A stretch of DNA of 64,000 nt from positions 1,452 through 65,451 of IMG/VR virus record IMGVR_UViG_3300005680_000030. One strand, written 5' to 3'. The notes beneath the pieces are model-generated. The model saw only the letters and a program-made list of their open reading frames with translations. It did not search any database and was not told where the DNA came from. A program made the position numbers and the translations under genes. Below, in pieces: positions 1 through 8,036 of this stretch (position 1 is its first letter; the number at the start of each line of letters is the position of its first letter). This DNA comes from a virus. Its lineage: Duplodnaviria; Caudoviricetes.

Positions 1-90
1 GACTTCCGTGAATGCCTCACCCCCCTCGGCTGGCTCGTCGCCGCGGAGATCGCACGGATGGAGGCGCGGGATGCACCCGAAGCTCCCTGA
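1..90 (+). CDS. 3' end of a hypothetical early gene (partial)
   Basis: Frame 1 reads DFRECLTPLGWLVAAEIARMEARDAPEAP* with G/C-ending codons; stop at 88-90. Confidence 0.5.
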   Translation, partial: DFRECLTPLGWLVAAEIARMEARDAPEAP

Positions 91-261
91 CCGGATCCTG
101 CACAGGCGACACATGCGCGGTGTCACGTTCGGCCGGGATGGCCGCCTGACTGCCCATAAGATGCCGCCCTGCAAGGTCGGACACAACACGGTCGAATGGG
201 TGGACGGAGAGTGCTTCCTCTGTGTGAGAGATCGGCTTTGGCTGGAGATGGAGGCGCGGGA
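58..261 (+). repeat. 14-bp direct repeat ATGGAGGCGCGGGA at 58-71 and 248-261
   Basis: Exact match read from the sequence; brackets the 71..268 ORF. Confidence 0.8.
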
Positions 262-268
262 GACATGA
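71..268 (+). CDS. Hypothetical small Cys/His protein
   Basis: ATG at 71 with GGAGG upstream; MHPKLPDRIL...CKVGH...CFLC; stop overlaps next ATG (ATGA). Confidence 0.55.
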   Translation: MHPKLPDRILHRRHMRGVTFGRDGRLTAHKMPPCKVGHNTVEWVDGECFLCVRDRLWLEMEARET

Positions 269-660
269 CCGCCGCGCCCCTGACCATGCGCCAGGCGGCC
301 GTGGCGCTCGGCATCTCCTACCGGGCCATGATCGACGTCGTCGGCCGCCTCGAGCCCAACGTTCACTACGATCTCCGAGGGACTGGAAAGGCGCGCCCGC
401 GCCGGGTCTTCTATCCTGACCAGATAGAGCGGATTCGGAGAGACGGATGGCCCTCAAGGTCGTGTGGCGTGACGGCTGGGCGCACCTCCACGGGACCGCG
501 GGTGGTCGGCGCATACGAGAGAGCCTTGGAACTCGCGACCCGGAGCAAGCTGAAGAACTGCGGGCTGCCGCCGAGACCAAGCTCCACCGAGAACGGGTCT
601 ACGGCGTCGAGGCGGTCGCCACGTTCGACGAAGCCGCCGAGAAATACATCCTCCACCTGA
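265..660 (+). CDS. Excisionase-like HTH protein
   Basis: MTAAPLTMRQAAVALGISYRAM HTH-like N-terminus; directly upstream of and overlapping the integrase. Confidence 0.6.
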   Translation: MTAAPLTMRQAAVALGISYRAMIDVVGRLEPNVHYDLRGTGKARPRRVFYPDQIERIRRDGWPSRSCGVTAGRTSTGPRVVGAYERALELATRSKLKNCGLPPRPSSTENGSTASRRSPRSTKPPRNTSST

Positions 661-1448
661 TCGACCAGGGGAAGCCGGTCCGCTACCTCGCCCCGATCAT
701 TACGCACCTCCGAGGCCGCGTGCTGCGCACGATCACGCCGGGCGACCTCAAGGACATGGCGCGGAAGCTCTATCCCGACGCCAAGCCCGCAACGAGGCGC
801 CGGCAGGCGATCACGCCCGCAGCGGCCATCATCAACTTCGCCGCCGAGAACTACCAGTGGTGCCACCCGATCAAGATCCGCTACCCGACCGGGCCGAAGG
901 CTCGGAAGAGGGCAGTCGGCTATGACTGGGTCGACGCCGTCCGCGCCGAGGCCGCGCGCCGCCGTCTGGTCCACCTTCGCGCGCTGATGCTCTTCCTCTA
1001 CCAGACCGGGTTCCGAATTTCCGAAGCGGCCCGGCTCGAGCCCGCCGACGCCGATCTCGACGACGCCAGCGTCGCCGCCGGCCGCACCAAGAACGGCGAT
1101 CCGCGGCGCATGGCGCTGACGCCAGAGATGGTCGAAGAACTGCGCGCGCTGCCGCCGCGAGCCGGCCGACTGTTCGGCTACACGTCCGAGGCCGGCGTCA
1201 GGCAGGCGCTGAGGCGGGTCTGCCCTGGCGCTGGCGTCGACTACCTCGGGACGCACCAGCCCGGCCGCCACAGCTTCGCTACGGCGCTGGACGGGGCCAT
1301 GTCGACCAAGGCGATCTCTGACGCCGGCGGCTGGAAGACGCTCCGCATCGTGGCGGACAACTATCTTCACCCCGACGGACCCGAGCGGAAAGCCGCCAGC
1401 ATCCTGTCGCGGACGCCGGCAAAACGAGGCCGCCCGCGCCGCAAATGA
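447..1448 (+). CDS. int: Tyrosine recombinase / phage integrase
   Basis: Catalytic set TGFRISEA (R), RTKNG (K), HQPGRHSFAT (HxxR-like), GGWKT, NYLH (Y); short N-terminal arm-binding segment. Confidence 0.92.
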   Translation: MALKVVWRDGWAHLHGTAGGRRIRESLGTRDPEQAEELRAAAETKLHRERVYGVEAVATFDEAAEKYILHLIDQGKPVRYLAPIITHLRGRVLRTITPGDLKDMARKLYPDAKPATRRRQAITPAAAIINFAAENYQWCHPIKIRYPTGPKARKRAVGYDWVDAVRAEAARRRLVHLRALMLFLYQTGFRISEAARLEPADADLDDASVAAGRTKNGDPRRMALTPEMVEELRALPPRAGRLFGYTSEAGVRQALRRVCPGAGVDYLGTHQPGRHSFATALDGAMSTKAISDAGGWKTLRIVADNYLHPDGPERKAASILSRTPAKRGRPRRK

Positions 1449-2176
1449 TTGAGAACCAGCGCAATTCTAGATATGCTCTACCTATCATGTCAGATATCAT
1501 CAGATACTACGGGCGCAGTCTCGCAAGCCGACTGGAGCGCCTCAAGATCTCGATCGATACCCTTGCCTTTCTTTCAGGCGAGAGCGTCGAGACCCTGAAC
1601 CACCTCACCAAGACAGGCGGCGAGTCCCCTAGCAGGCTCGCCGCCATACTCTGCCTTCTGGCGACGGCAGGGCCAGAGCGTCGCGCCTATGTAGAGCGAC
1701 TGGCGGCAGAGGACCGGGGTGGCGCGCGCGTCGAGTGGCGCTCGATCCCTCAATTCCCCGACTATGAGGCGTCCACTATGGGCAAAATCCGTCGCGTGAG
1801 TGGAAGCGGACGAGCATGGGTCGGCCGCGCGCTCAAGGAGAAGACGACCCGCACGGGCCACAAGAATGTAACGGTCGTATCGCCGGGAGGCCGCCAGGTG
1901 ATGATCGGGGTTCATCGTCTCGTCTCCATGGCCTTCCACGGCGCACCGCCTGACGACAAGCCCATGTCGCTACATCGGAATGGTGTGGCCGACGACAATC
2001 GGCCGGAGAACCTCTATTGGGGCGACCATCTTGAGAACGTGGCGGACCGAATACGCCACGTTCGAGAGGCCCGCCCGCCGGCCAGCGCGCCGCGAACCCC
2101 CGCCGCGACACAAACGCGGCACAAAAAATACGAGACGAAGATGGTGCGAGGAGTGGAGAAGCGCATTCTTCGCTAG
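1445..2176 (+). CDS. HTH-NUMOD4-HNH endonuclease (alternative start 1487)
   Basis: EWRSIPQFPDYEASTMGKIRR (NUMOD4); VHRLVSMAFHG...SLHRNGVADDNRPENLYW (HNH_3-type); lower GC than flanks. Confidence 0.8.
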   Translation: MIENQRNSRYALPIMSDIIRYYGRSLASRLERLKISIDTLAFLSGESVETLNHLTKTGGESPSRLAAILCLLATAGPERRAYVERLAAEDRGGARVEWRSIPQFPDYEASTMGKIRRVSGSGRAWVGRALKEKTTRTGHKNVTVVSPGGRQVMIGVHRLVSMAFHGAPPDDKPMSLHRNGVADDNRPENLYWGDHLENVADRIRHVREARPPASAPRTPAATQTRHKKYETKMVRGVEKRILR

Positions 2177-2200
2177 GCATCAAGCACTTAGCGGCCCGCG

Positions 2201-2229
2201 AAAAAAGAGGCCGTGCACGAGGCACGGCC
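2201..2229 (-). terminator. Intrinsic terminator ending the late/lysis transcript
   Basis: GGCCGTGC-ACGAG-GCACGGCC hairpin (2209-2229) with A6 at 2201-2206 (U tract on the minus strand). Confidence 0.75.
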
Positions 2230-2397
2230 CAAGTTTAGGCGCGCACCACCCCATTATCGCAAGCTGGCGTCGGTGTAAAATACTGGCGTCGAACGAAAAT
2301 CAACCTGAAGGCGTCGCGCCTGTCTTGCTAAAATGCGCAGCGACGCGCCGGCCTGCGCCGGCCTCTTGGCACGAATCTGACACGCTCCGGCGCGCCC

Positions 2398-2670
2398 CTA
2401 CAGCCCCGCCAGCCTAGCCCGCTGATCCAGGTCCGCCCGCTCGGCGCGCTCGCGATGAAACGCCGCCCGGCAGTGGTGGCGCTCGCCTCGGGTGCGGCGG
2501 AAGTGGTCATCGACCAGCCAGCGCAGGGCGGCCCACCGGAGCGACGTCAGTCGCCGCTCATGGCAGACGGCGCTGAACAAGCGATCCTCCCCGAGGTAGA
2601 ACCGGCAGAGCACGCGGGACAGCTCGTCGTGGTCGTCCATCCCTACAGCCGGGCCGGGAAGATCAGCCAT
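2398..2670 (-). CDS. Hypothetical protein
   Basis: 90-aa ORF, last in the minus-strand operon before the terminator; no recognisable motif. Confidence 0.4.
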   Translation of the reverse strand: MADLPGPAVGMDDHDELSRVLCRFYLGEDRLFSAVCHERRLTSLRWAALRWLVDDHFRRTRGERHHCRAAFHRERAERADLDQRARLAGL

Positions 2671-2864
2671 GAGTAGCCCTCGCCGGCCCCGCCGCGCATG
2701 CGGCCGAACGCGGTCGCCATGTCGCCCTTCGGCTCGGCGGTCCCGGCCGTCCCGACCCAGAGGGCGCGGGGCTTGCGGCGGAAGTTGTCGGCTGCGTTCG
2801 AGCTCTTCGTCACCTTCTCCGGCGGCTCGACACTCGCCTGGGTCGGGTCGGTCAGGGGGATCAT
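2643..2864 (-). CDS. Small protein resembling the GTA head-spike base protein (Rcc01079-like)
   Basis: EPPEKVTKSSNAADNFRRKPRALWVGTAGT resembles the recalled family motif SPA...TPSD..DL.RRPRAL.V.TGGT; C-terminal half divergent. Confidence 0.45.
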   Translation of the reverse strand: MIPLTDPTQASVEPPEKVTKSSNAADNFRRKPRALWVGTAGTAEPKGDMATAFGRMRGGAGEGYSWLIFPARL

Positions 2865-2957
2865 CGGTCTACCTCTCGGTTCAGGGCAGGCGCGCCAGCC
2901 AGTAGCGCCAGAAATGCGTGAGCGGATGAAGCTCCGCCCACGCTGCGACGAGGCGGT

Positions 2958-3212
2958 CTAGGCCTCCCGCGGGACGCACAGGACGTCCGCCGTGATGAGC
3001 ACCTTCTGCACCTCTTCGCGCTCGGCGATGAGGGCGTCGAGGTCGTAGCCCCAGATCGCGGCGACCGGCGCCCAGCGGGCGATCTGCGCGTCCAGCGCGA
3101 CGAGCTGGTTGCAGGCCGCCTGGATCGGGTCGGCGGGGGCGGCGTCGTCGCCCGGCGCCGCGCATGCGGCGAGGGCGAGCGCCAGGGCAGGCACGGCAAG
3201 GAAGGCGCGCAT
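2958..3212 (-). CDS. Lipoprotein, possible outer-membrane spanin
   Basis: MRAFLAVPALALALAAC lipobox; lies in the lysis cassette. Confidence 0.7.
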   Translation of the reverse strand: MRAFLAVPALALALAACAAPGDDAAPADPIQAACNQLVALDAQIARWAPVAAIWGYDLDALIAEREEVQKVLITADVLCVPREA

Positions 3213-3214
3213 GG

Positions 3215-3466
3215 TCAGTCTCCTGGGTTGGGATCTTCGATGACGGTCACGGTGTTCGTGCCGTAGTAGGCGCCGGCCGAGGCGAGCGCCCCGGCGACGA
3301 ACGCAGCCAGGGCGACGAGGCCCTGGTCGGGGGTCGGCATCTCCAGCCAGCCGACTGAGCCGGCGATAGCCGCCTGCAGGATCGTCACGATGGCGTTGCC
3401 GAGGCCGCCGGCGGCGAGGAACGCGAGAATCGCCTTCTCCTTGCCGACCTTCACGGTGTTGGGCAT
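3215..3466 (-). CDS. Holin-like protein with two hydrophobic segments
   Basis: Start MPNTVKVGKEK at 3466, just after the endolysin stop; two predicted TM helices. Confidence 0.65.
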   Translation of the reverse strand: MPNTVKVGKEKAILAFLAAGGLGNAIVTILQAAIAGSVGWLEMPTPDQGLVALAAFVAGALASAGAYYGTNTVTVIEDPNPGD

Positions 3467-3467
3467 G

Positions 3468-4109
3468 TCAGGCTCCTTTCGCTTCCATGGCGTCCAGCCG
3501 CCGCTCCACGGCGGCGAGGCGCTGTTCGAGGGTGGTGGGGGCATGCGCGGCCGGCGCGGGATTTGTGGGCGCGCTGACGGCCGCTCCGGTGAGCCCGGCG
3601 AGGATGGCGCGGGCCAGCGCGTCGCGCCTGACGTCGGCTGCGTTGCAGTCGTTCGCGTTCGACCCGAAGTAGGGCTCGACCAGGATCGCCGGGGCGCGGC
3701 CGACGTAGAGGCTTTCGCCGCCGCGGTCGGTCCGCGCGACCTTCTTCACGCCGCGGTCCCGAAGCCCGAGCGCCGCGACCATCGCCCGGTTGACCCGCTC
3801 GGCGAACACCTTGCCGCGGTCGCTGGCGTAGAGCGTTTCGGTCCCGGTCGCCCGCGCGTCCGCCGCGCCGTTGAAGTGCAGCTCGCACGAGACGTCCGCG
3901 CCCCAAGCATCCACCTTCGCATAGACCGCGCGCACCTCGGTGCCGTAGCCGCTGGCCCTCTCGCGCCGGAACACGCGCACGTTCGCCGGCGCCAGCGACT
4001 GGATCGTGGCCGCCAGCGCGCCGTTCCAGACGAACTCACTGACCCCATCGGTGACGCGGACCGCGCCCGGCTGGCTGACGTTGTGGCCCACGACGATGGC
4101 GATTTTCAT
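3468..4109 (-). CDS. Endolysin, N-acetylmuramoyl-L-alanine amidase (Amidase_3)
   Basis: MKIAIVVGHN...SE...CELHFNG...GTETLY...ILVEPYFGSN zinc-amidase motifs; C-terminal coiled coil LEQRLAAVERRL. Confidence 0.9.
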   Translation of the reverse strand: MKIAIVVGHNVSQPGAVRVTDGVSEFVWNGALAATIQSLAPANVRVFRRERASGYGTEVRAVYAKVDAWGADVSCELHFNGAADARATGTETLYASDRGKVFAERVNRAMVAALGLRDRGVKKVARTDRGGESLYVGRAPAILVEPYFGSNANDCNAADVRRDALARAILAGLTGAAVSAPTNPAPAAHAPTTLEQRLAAVERRLDAMEAKGA

Positions 4110-4522
4110 GGCTGGCTCCCCTGTCTCGCATTGAATATCCGCAGCGCCTCGCGGACCTCGGTCATCAGCTCGTCGAGCCGCCCGAGCCGCGCCTCGACCG
4201 CGGTGCGGGTCACGTCGCCGGCGTTCAGGCGCTCGACGTTGCGCGCGGCGGTCGTCTCGAGCGCGTCGATCCGGCGGTTGTGATCGGCGAGCGTGGAGCG
4301 CGTCTCGGCCGCCGCTTCTGGCAACGGCTTCGTCACCGCCTCGACGCCATCGAGGCGGATCGCATGGCTCTCGATGTCGTTGCGAAGGTCGGCGCCGAAC
4401 CAGACCAGGCCGACGACCATCGGAATGGCCGTGAGCACGTTGCCGAGCGATACCTGCCAACTCCACGAGATCGGCGGCCTAGTCATGTGGTGCTCCGGTT
4501 GCGTCTGGGGCATGGTCTGCAC
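4106..4522 (-). CDS. Membrane protein with one TM helix and a coiled coil (lysis-associated)
   Basis: VSLGNVLTAIPMVVGLVWFG TM segment then heptad-rich region; ATGA-coupled to the endolysin. Confidence 0.7.
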   Translation of the reverse strand: MQTMPQTQPEHHMTRPPISWSWQVSLGNVLTAIPMVVGLVWFGADLRNDIESHAIRLDGVEAVTKPLPEAAAETRSTLADHNRRIDALETTAARNVERLNAGDVTRTAVEARLGRLDELMTEVREALRIFNARQGSQP

Positions 4523-4610
4523 GTCCTGCGATTATCGAGCGGCGCAGTGGTAGCGCACGGGGGGAGGGCTGGATCGCATCAGCCGCGCCGGCCATGGGGA
4601 GCGAGGCCGG

Positions 4611-7600
4611 TCATGCGAGCGCCAGCCACGCCTGGAACACGTCCGACAGCCCGCGCAGCGCGGCGGGGCGGACCTCCTGCGCGTTGAACCACGCGGTGTG
4701 GGTGTCGCTGAGCTCGCCGCCGGCCTTGGAGTAGGTGCGCCAGCCGACCTGGGCCAGATACCCGAAATCGATCATCGCGAGCCGGGCCCGGTTGACCGCC
4801 TCCGACCATGCCGGGCCGGGCGTGATCGCGCCGACCACCATCGCAGCGCAGATCGCGGCGCAAAACCCGGTGCCGCCGCCGAGCGCGTAGGGCACTGACG
4901 ACCGCGGCCGGTTGGCCCCGCCCTCGTCAATCGTGTTGAGCTCCGCGAACCGGCCGATCAGGCCCTTGTTGGGGACGTTGACCCACGTCGAAAACACCGT
5001 CTCGGCGTCGATCCCGCCCGGGGGCACGCCGAAACAGCCGCGGATTCGGCTGCGGTGCAGGATGCCGGCGCGGTTGACGCCCGGAATGGCGGGCCAGCCG
5101 GGCCCGAGCGCGACGCCCCCGTCCGCATTGGGCGCGCCCGGCAGGATTTGCGCCCCGAAAGCCTCCTCCGTGATGACGCGGAGCGCCTCCTGGGCCTGCG
5201 AGATGCTGTAGCTGCGGGAGCCGTAGTTGGCGTTTGACCGCCCGCCGGGGCCGCGCCCGCCGTCCATGTACCACTGGCCGCCCTCGCCGCGCAGGGCGAA
5301 GTAAAGCTGCGCATCGTCCGGGCCGGTGCCGTTCCAGTTCCCATGCCCCTGAGGGTAATAGGAGTTCTTGAACGCGGCGGTCCAGATGTTGGCGTAGGTG
5401 TCCCGCGCCTGGCCACAGCCGCCGGCGGCGTTCAGCTGGCTGGCGAAGGCGATCCGGTCGAACGACTGCAGGAAGGCGTTGAGCCCGGCCGGATAGCCGA
5501 CCAGCCGCATCCACGCGTCGGCGATGAAGGGGAGCGTGCGCGGCGACCACTTGAAGTTGAACGCTCCGGTGTAGTTAGCGCTGAACCCGCGGATGCTGTT
5601 GTCGGCGGTCCAGCCGCGGCCGTGCCCCTGCGTGCCGGTCGGGTAGCGATGCGACCCGCCGTAGCAGGCCCCGACGATGCAGGCGAGCGTGACGAGGATC
5701 AGCCGGGTGCGCGTCGCGGCGGCGAGCGCACCCCAGACGGCGGGCGTCTGCGACGCGATCATGACCGTCGCCCAGAACGCGGCCTCATAGGTCGCGACGT
5801 AGCCGTGCCCGATGCCGCGCGGCATGTTGTTGGTGCTGCTCGAGCCGGCCCATTGGTTGAGCTGCTCGATGAGCCTGGCCGCCGGCGTGCGCGCGCCGCT
5901 CGGGGTGCTGTAGCTCGCCGTGTCGCCGCTGTAGGCCGCGAGCGCGATCACCGGCATATTGTGGTGATTCCACGGCCGTTTGTAGGCCGGGGAGTTCTCG
6001 CCGGCGTCGGTCGACTGCCCGGCGCGGTTGACGAAATTGAACAGCGCCGTGTCCATCGCGTCCGCGACGGCCGAGGTCGGCGGGCGCATCGCGGCCTGAA
6101 GGTTCGCCGGCGGCGAGGCGACTGCCGTGGCGACCGCCTCGAACGACCGCGTCTCCGACGAGCCGCCGGCATTGCTCAGCGTCAGCGCGAACGAGGTCGA
6201 CCCTGCGGTCGCAGGGAACGAGAACGACAGCACCCGCGTCGCGCGCTCATAGGCGATCCAGCTGCCGCCGGCGAGCAGGTGCGCCGTCGCCTCGCCTCCG
6301 CCGACGAAACTGGCCAGCGAGACCGAGCCTACCGTCCCGACCGGCCGGCTCAACTCTGTCAGAGGCGCGAGCGTGGGCGCCTGCACCGCCGGCGCGGCCT
6401 CGCGGGTCAGCGGGAACGACGTCTGCGCGCCGCTGGGCTGCACGGTGAGCGTGATCGTCGCGGAGCCGGGCGAGCCGCTGCTACGCGAGACGGCGCCAGT
6501 CGCAGCGTCGATCGTGACGCCGGTTCCGCCGGAGACGCTGTAGCCTGTCGCCCCGGGCGAGACGTAGCCGGACGCCTGCAGGAACACCCCCGAGCCTGCC
6601 GCATCCACGGTCTGCGGCGGGATGGTCGAGGTCCACTGCACCGGCGGCTGCGGCACGGCGAACAGCTGGCTGTCGGGAGACCACTCCGTCGTGTCAGTCG
6701 GCCGCCATCGAAAGCGCAGGCGCGCGTTCCGGTCGGGGTTGCTCGCAAAGAACAGCGCGGCGTTGAAGTCGGGGAACGCCGGATGGCTCACGTCGGGCAG
6801 GTGGTAGACGCCCGGCTGGCCCGGCAGTGCCGCGACCGGCGACCACGGATCCTCGCCGGTCCAGTCCAGCGGCGACGCCTTGAACTCCATCTCGAACGCG
6901 GTCCCGACCAGGCCCGGCACGGTGAAGGTCGGCGTGAACGATGTCGTCTGGCCGCCAGGGCGGTAGACGCTCGCGCCCATGACCAGGTCGGCCGACGTCA
7001 GAATGCGCAGCTCCTGCGACGGCGGCAGGGGCGTCAGGACCGTGAACAAGGTCGAATCGATTGACCACTCATGCGCCGGCGAGCGCCGCCAGCGGAAGCG
7101 CAGCCGTCCGTTGCGGGCCTCGCCGGCCCGGAACAGGGCCACGTTGTTCGCCGGAAACGCCGGATCGAAGCTGTCGGGAAGATACCAGACATCCGGCTGG
7201 CCTGGCTCACCGGGGGCTTTCGCTGCATTGAACCACGGGGAATCCTCCCCGATCGGCGAGGATCGGAACTGGATCTCGAACTCGTCTTCGAGGCCCGGCA
7301 CGGTGAAGGTCGGCGTGAACGATGTCGTCTGGCCGCCAGGGCGGTAGACGCTCGCGCCCATCACCAGGTCGGCGCTGGTGAGCTGCCTCATCACCTCGTC
7401 GGGGGTGATGAGGATCGGCGCGCTCTCGAATACCCGCAGGCCAACGACTGGATCCAGCACCGAATACTCGGCGACCAGATACAGCCCCATCCACTCCGGC
7501 TGATTCCTGGTCGGCAGAACGTCGCCGTCGATGACCGTGGCGACGACGCCTCCTAGCGCAGGGTAGAGCGCGAAGATCTTCGTCTCGCCCCAATCGCCCG

Positions 7601-8036
7601 GGTTGGCGATCGTCGGCCAGGTGACGGTGATCAGGTCATGCACCCGCCCCGTCGTCCAGAGCGACACACTGCCGCTGATCTCCAGCGCGACCGCCGCTGG
7701 GCGGTGGATCCTGAACGCTTGCTGCGGTGAGGTGCGCAGCGGGTTTGCGATGTCGACGAGGTACGCGATCAGGTCGGCCTGCGCCTCATTGACCCTCCCG
7801 ACGACGATGTCCTGCTCGCCGAGACCGACGGCCATCGCCGTGCCGCCCACCTCGGCGAACCACACGGTCCCCGCCGGCGGGTCAGGGAATCGCACCGTCT
7901 GGTGGTAGTTGAGGTTCACCAGTCGCGTGCTGCCGACGAGCACAACCTCTGGAGCCACGAGGGCCGCATCCGGGGCGACCGCCAGCGCGTTCGGCCCGAG
8001 AAGGACCGGGCCGCCGTCGATCGCGAGGAAGGTCAC
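4611..8036 (-). CDS. Large receptor-binding/tailspike-like protein (~1141 aa): Ig/FN3-like modules plus a helical C-terminal domain
   Basis: GTG at 8036 overlaps the previous stop; duplicated 127-aa domain; two Ig-like segments; aromatic/Gly-rich C-terminal domain. Confidence 0.72.
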   Translation of the reverse strand: MTFLAIDGGPVLLGPNALAVAPDAALVAPEVVLVGSTRLVNLNYHQTVRFPDPPAGTVWFAEVGGTAMAVGLGEQDIVVGRVNEAQADLIAYLVDIANPLRTSPQQAFRIHRPAAVALEISGSVSLWTTGRVHDLITVTWPTIANPGDWGETKIFALYPALGGVVATVIDGDVLPTRNQPEWMGLYLVAEYSVLDPVVGLRVFESAPILITPDEVMRQLTSADLVMGASVYRPGGQTTSFTPTFTVPGLEDEFEIQFRSSPIGEDSPWFNAAKAPGEPGQPDVWYLPDSFDPAFPANNVALFRAGEARNGRLRFRWRRSPAHEWSIDSTLFTVLTPLPPSQELRILTSADLVMGASVYRPGGQTTSFTPTFTVPGLVGTAFEMEFKASPLDWTGEDPWSPVAALPGQPGVYHLPDVSHPAFPDFNAALFFASNPDRNARLRFRWRPTDTTEWSPDSQLFAVPQPPVQWTSTIPPQTVDAAGSGVFLQASGYVSPGATGYSVSGGTGVTIDAATGAVSRSSGSPGSATITLTVQPSGAQTSFPLTREAAPAVQAPTLAPLTELSRPVGTVGSVSLASFVGGGEATAHLLAGGSWIAYERATRVLSFSFPATAGSTSFALTLSNAGGSSETRSFEAVATAVASPPANLQAAMRPPTSAVADAMDTALFNFVNRAGQSTDAGENSPAYKRPWNHHNMPVIALAAYSGDTASYSTPSGARTPAARLIEQLNQWAGSSSTNNMPRGIGHGYVATYEAAFWATVMIASQTPAVWGALAAATRTRLILVTLACIVGACYGGSHRYPTGTQGHGRGWTADNSIRGFSANYTGAFNFKWSPRTLPFIADAWMRLVGYPAGLNAFLQSFDRIAFASQLNAAGGCGQARDTYANIWTAAFKNSYYPQGHGNWNGTGPDDAQLYFALRGEGGQWYMDGGRGPGGRSNANYGSRSYSISQAQEALRVITEEAFGAQILPGAPNADGGVALGPGWPAIPGVNRAGILHRSRIRGCFGVPPGGIDAETVFSTWVNVPNKGLIGRFAELNTIDEGGANRPRSSVPYALGGGTGFCAAICAAMVVGAITPGPAWSEAVNRARLAMIDFGYLAQVGWRTYSKAGGELSDTHTAWFNAQEVRPAALRGLSDVFQAWLALA
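6910..7373. repeat. 83-bp direct repeat (6910-6992 and 7291-7373, 1 mismatch), offset 381 bp
   Basis: Encodes ADLVMGASVYRPGGQTTSFTPTFTVPGL twice. Confidence 0.9.

Noticed and set aside
8-268. ORF-track start at GTG 8
   Set aside because: Positions 1-90 are better explained as the end of an upstream gene in frame 1; ATG 71 has an RBS.
2250-2270. Half-matches to the late operator at 2250-2270, 4525-4545, 1008-1028 and 45174-45192
   Set aside because: Only one half-site matches; could be chance without a computed background.
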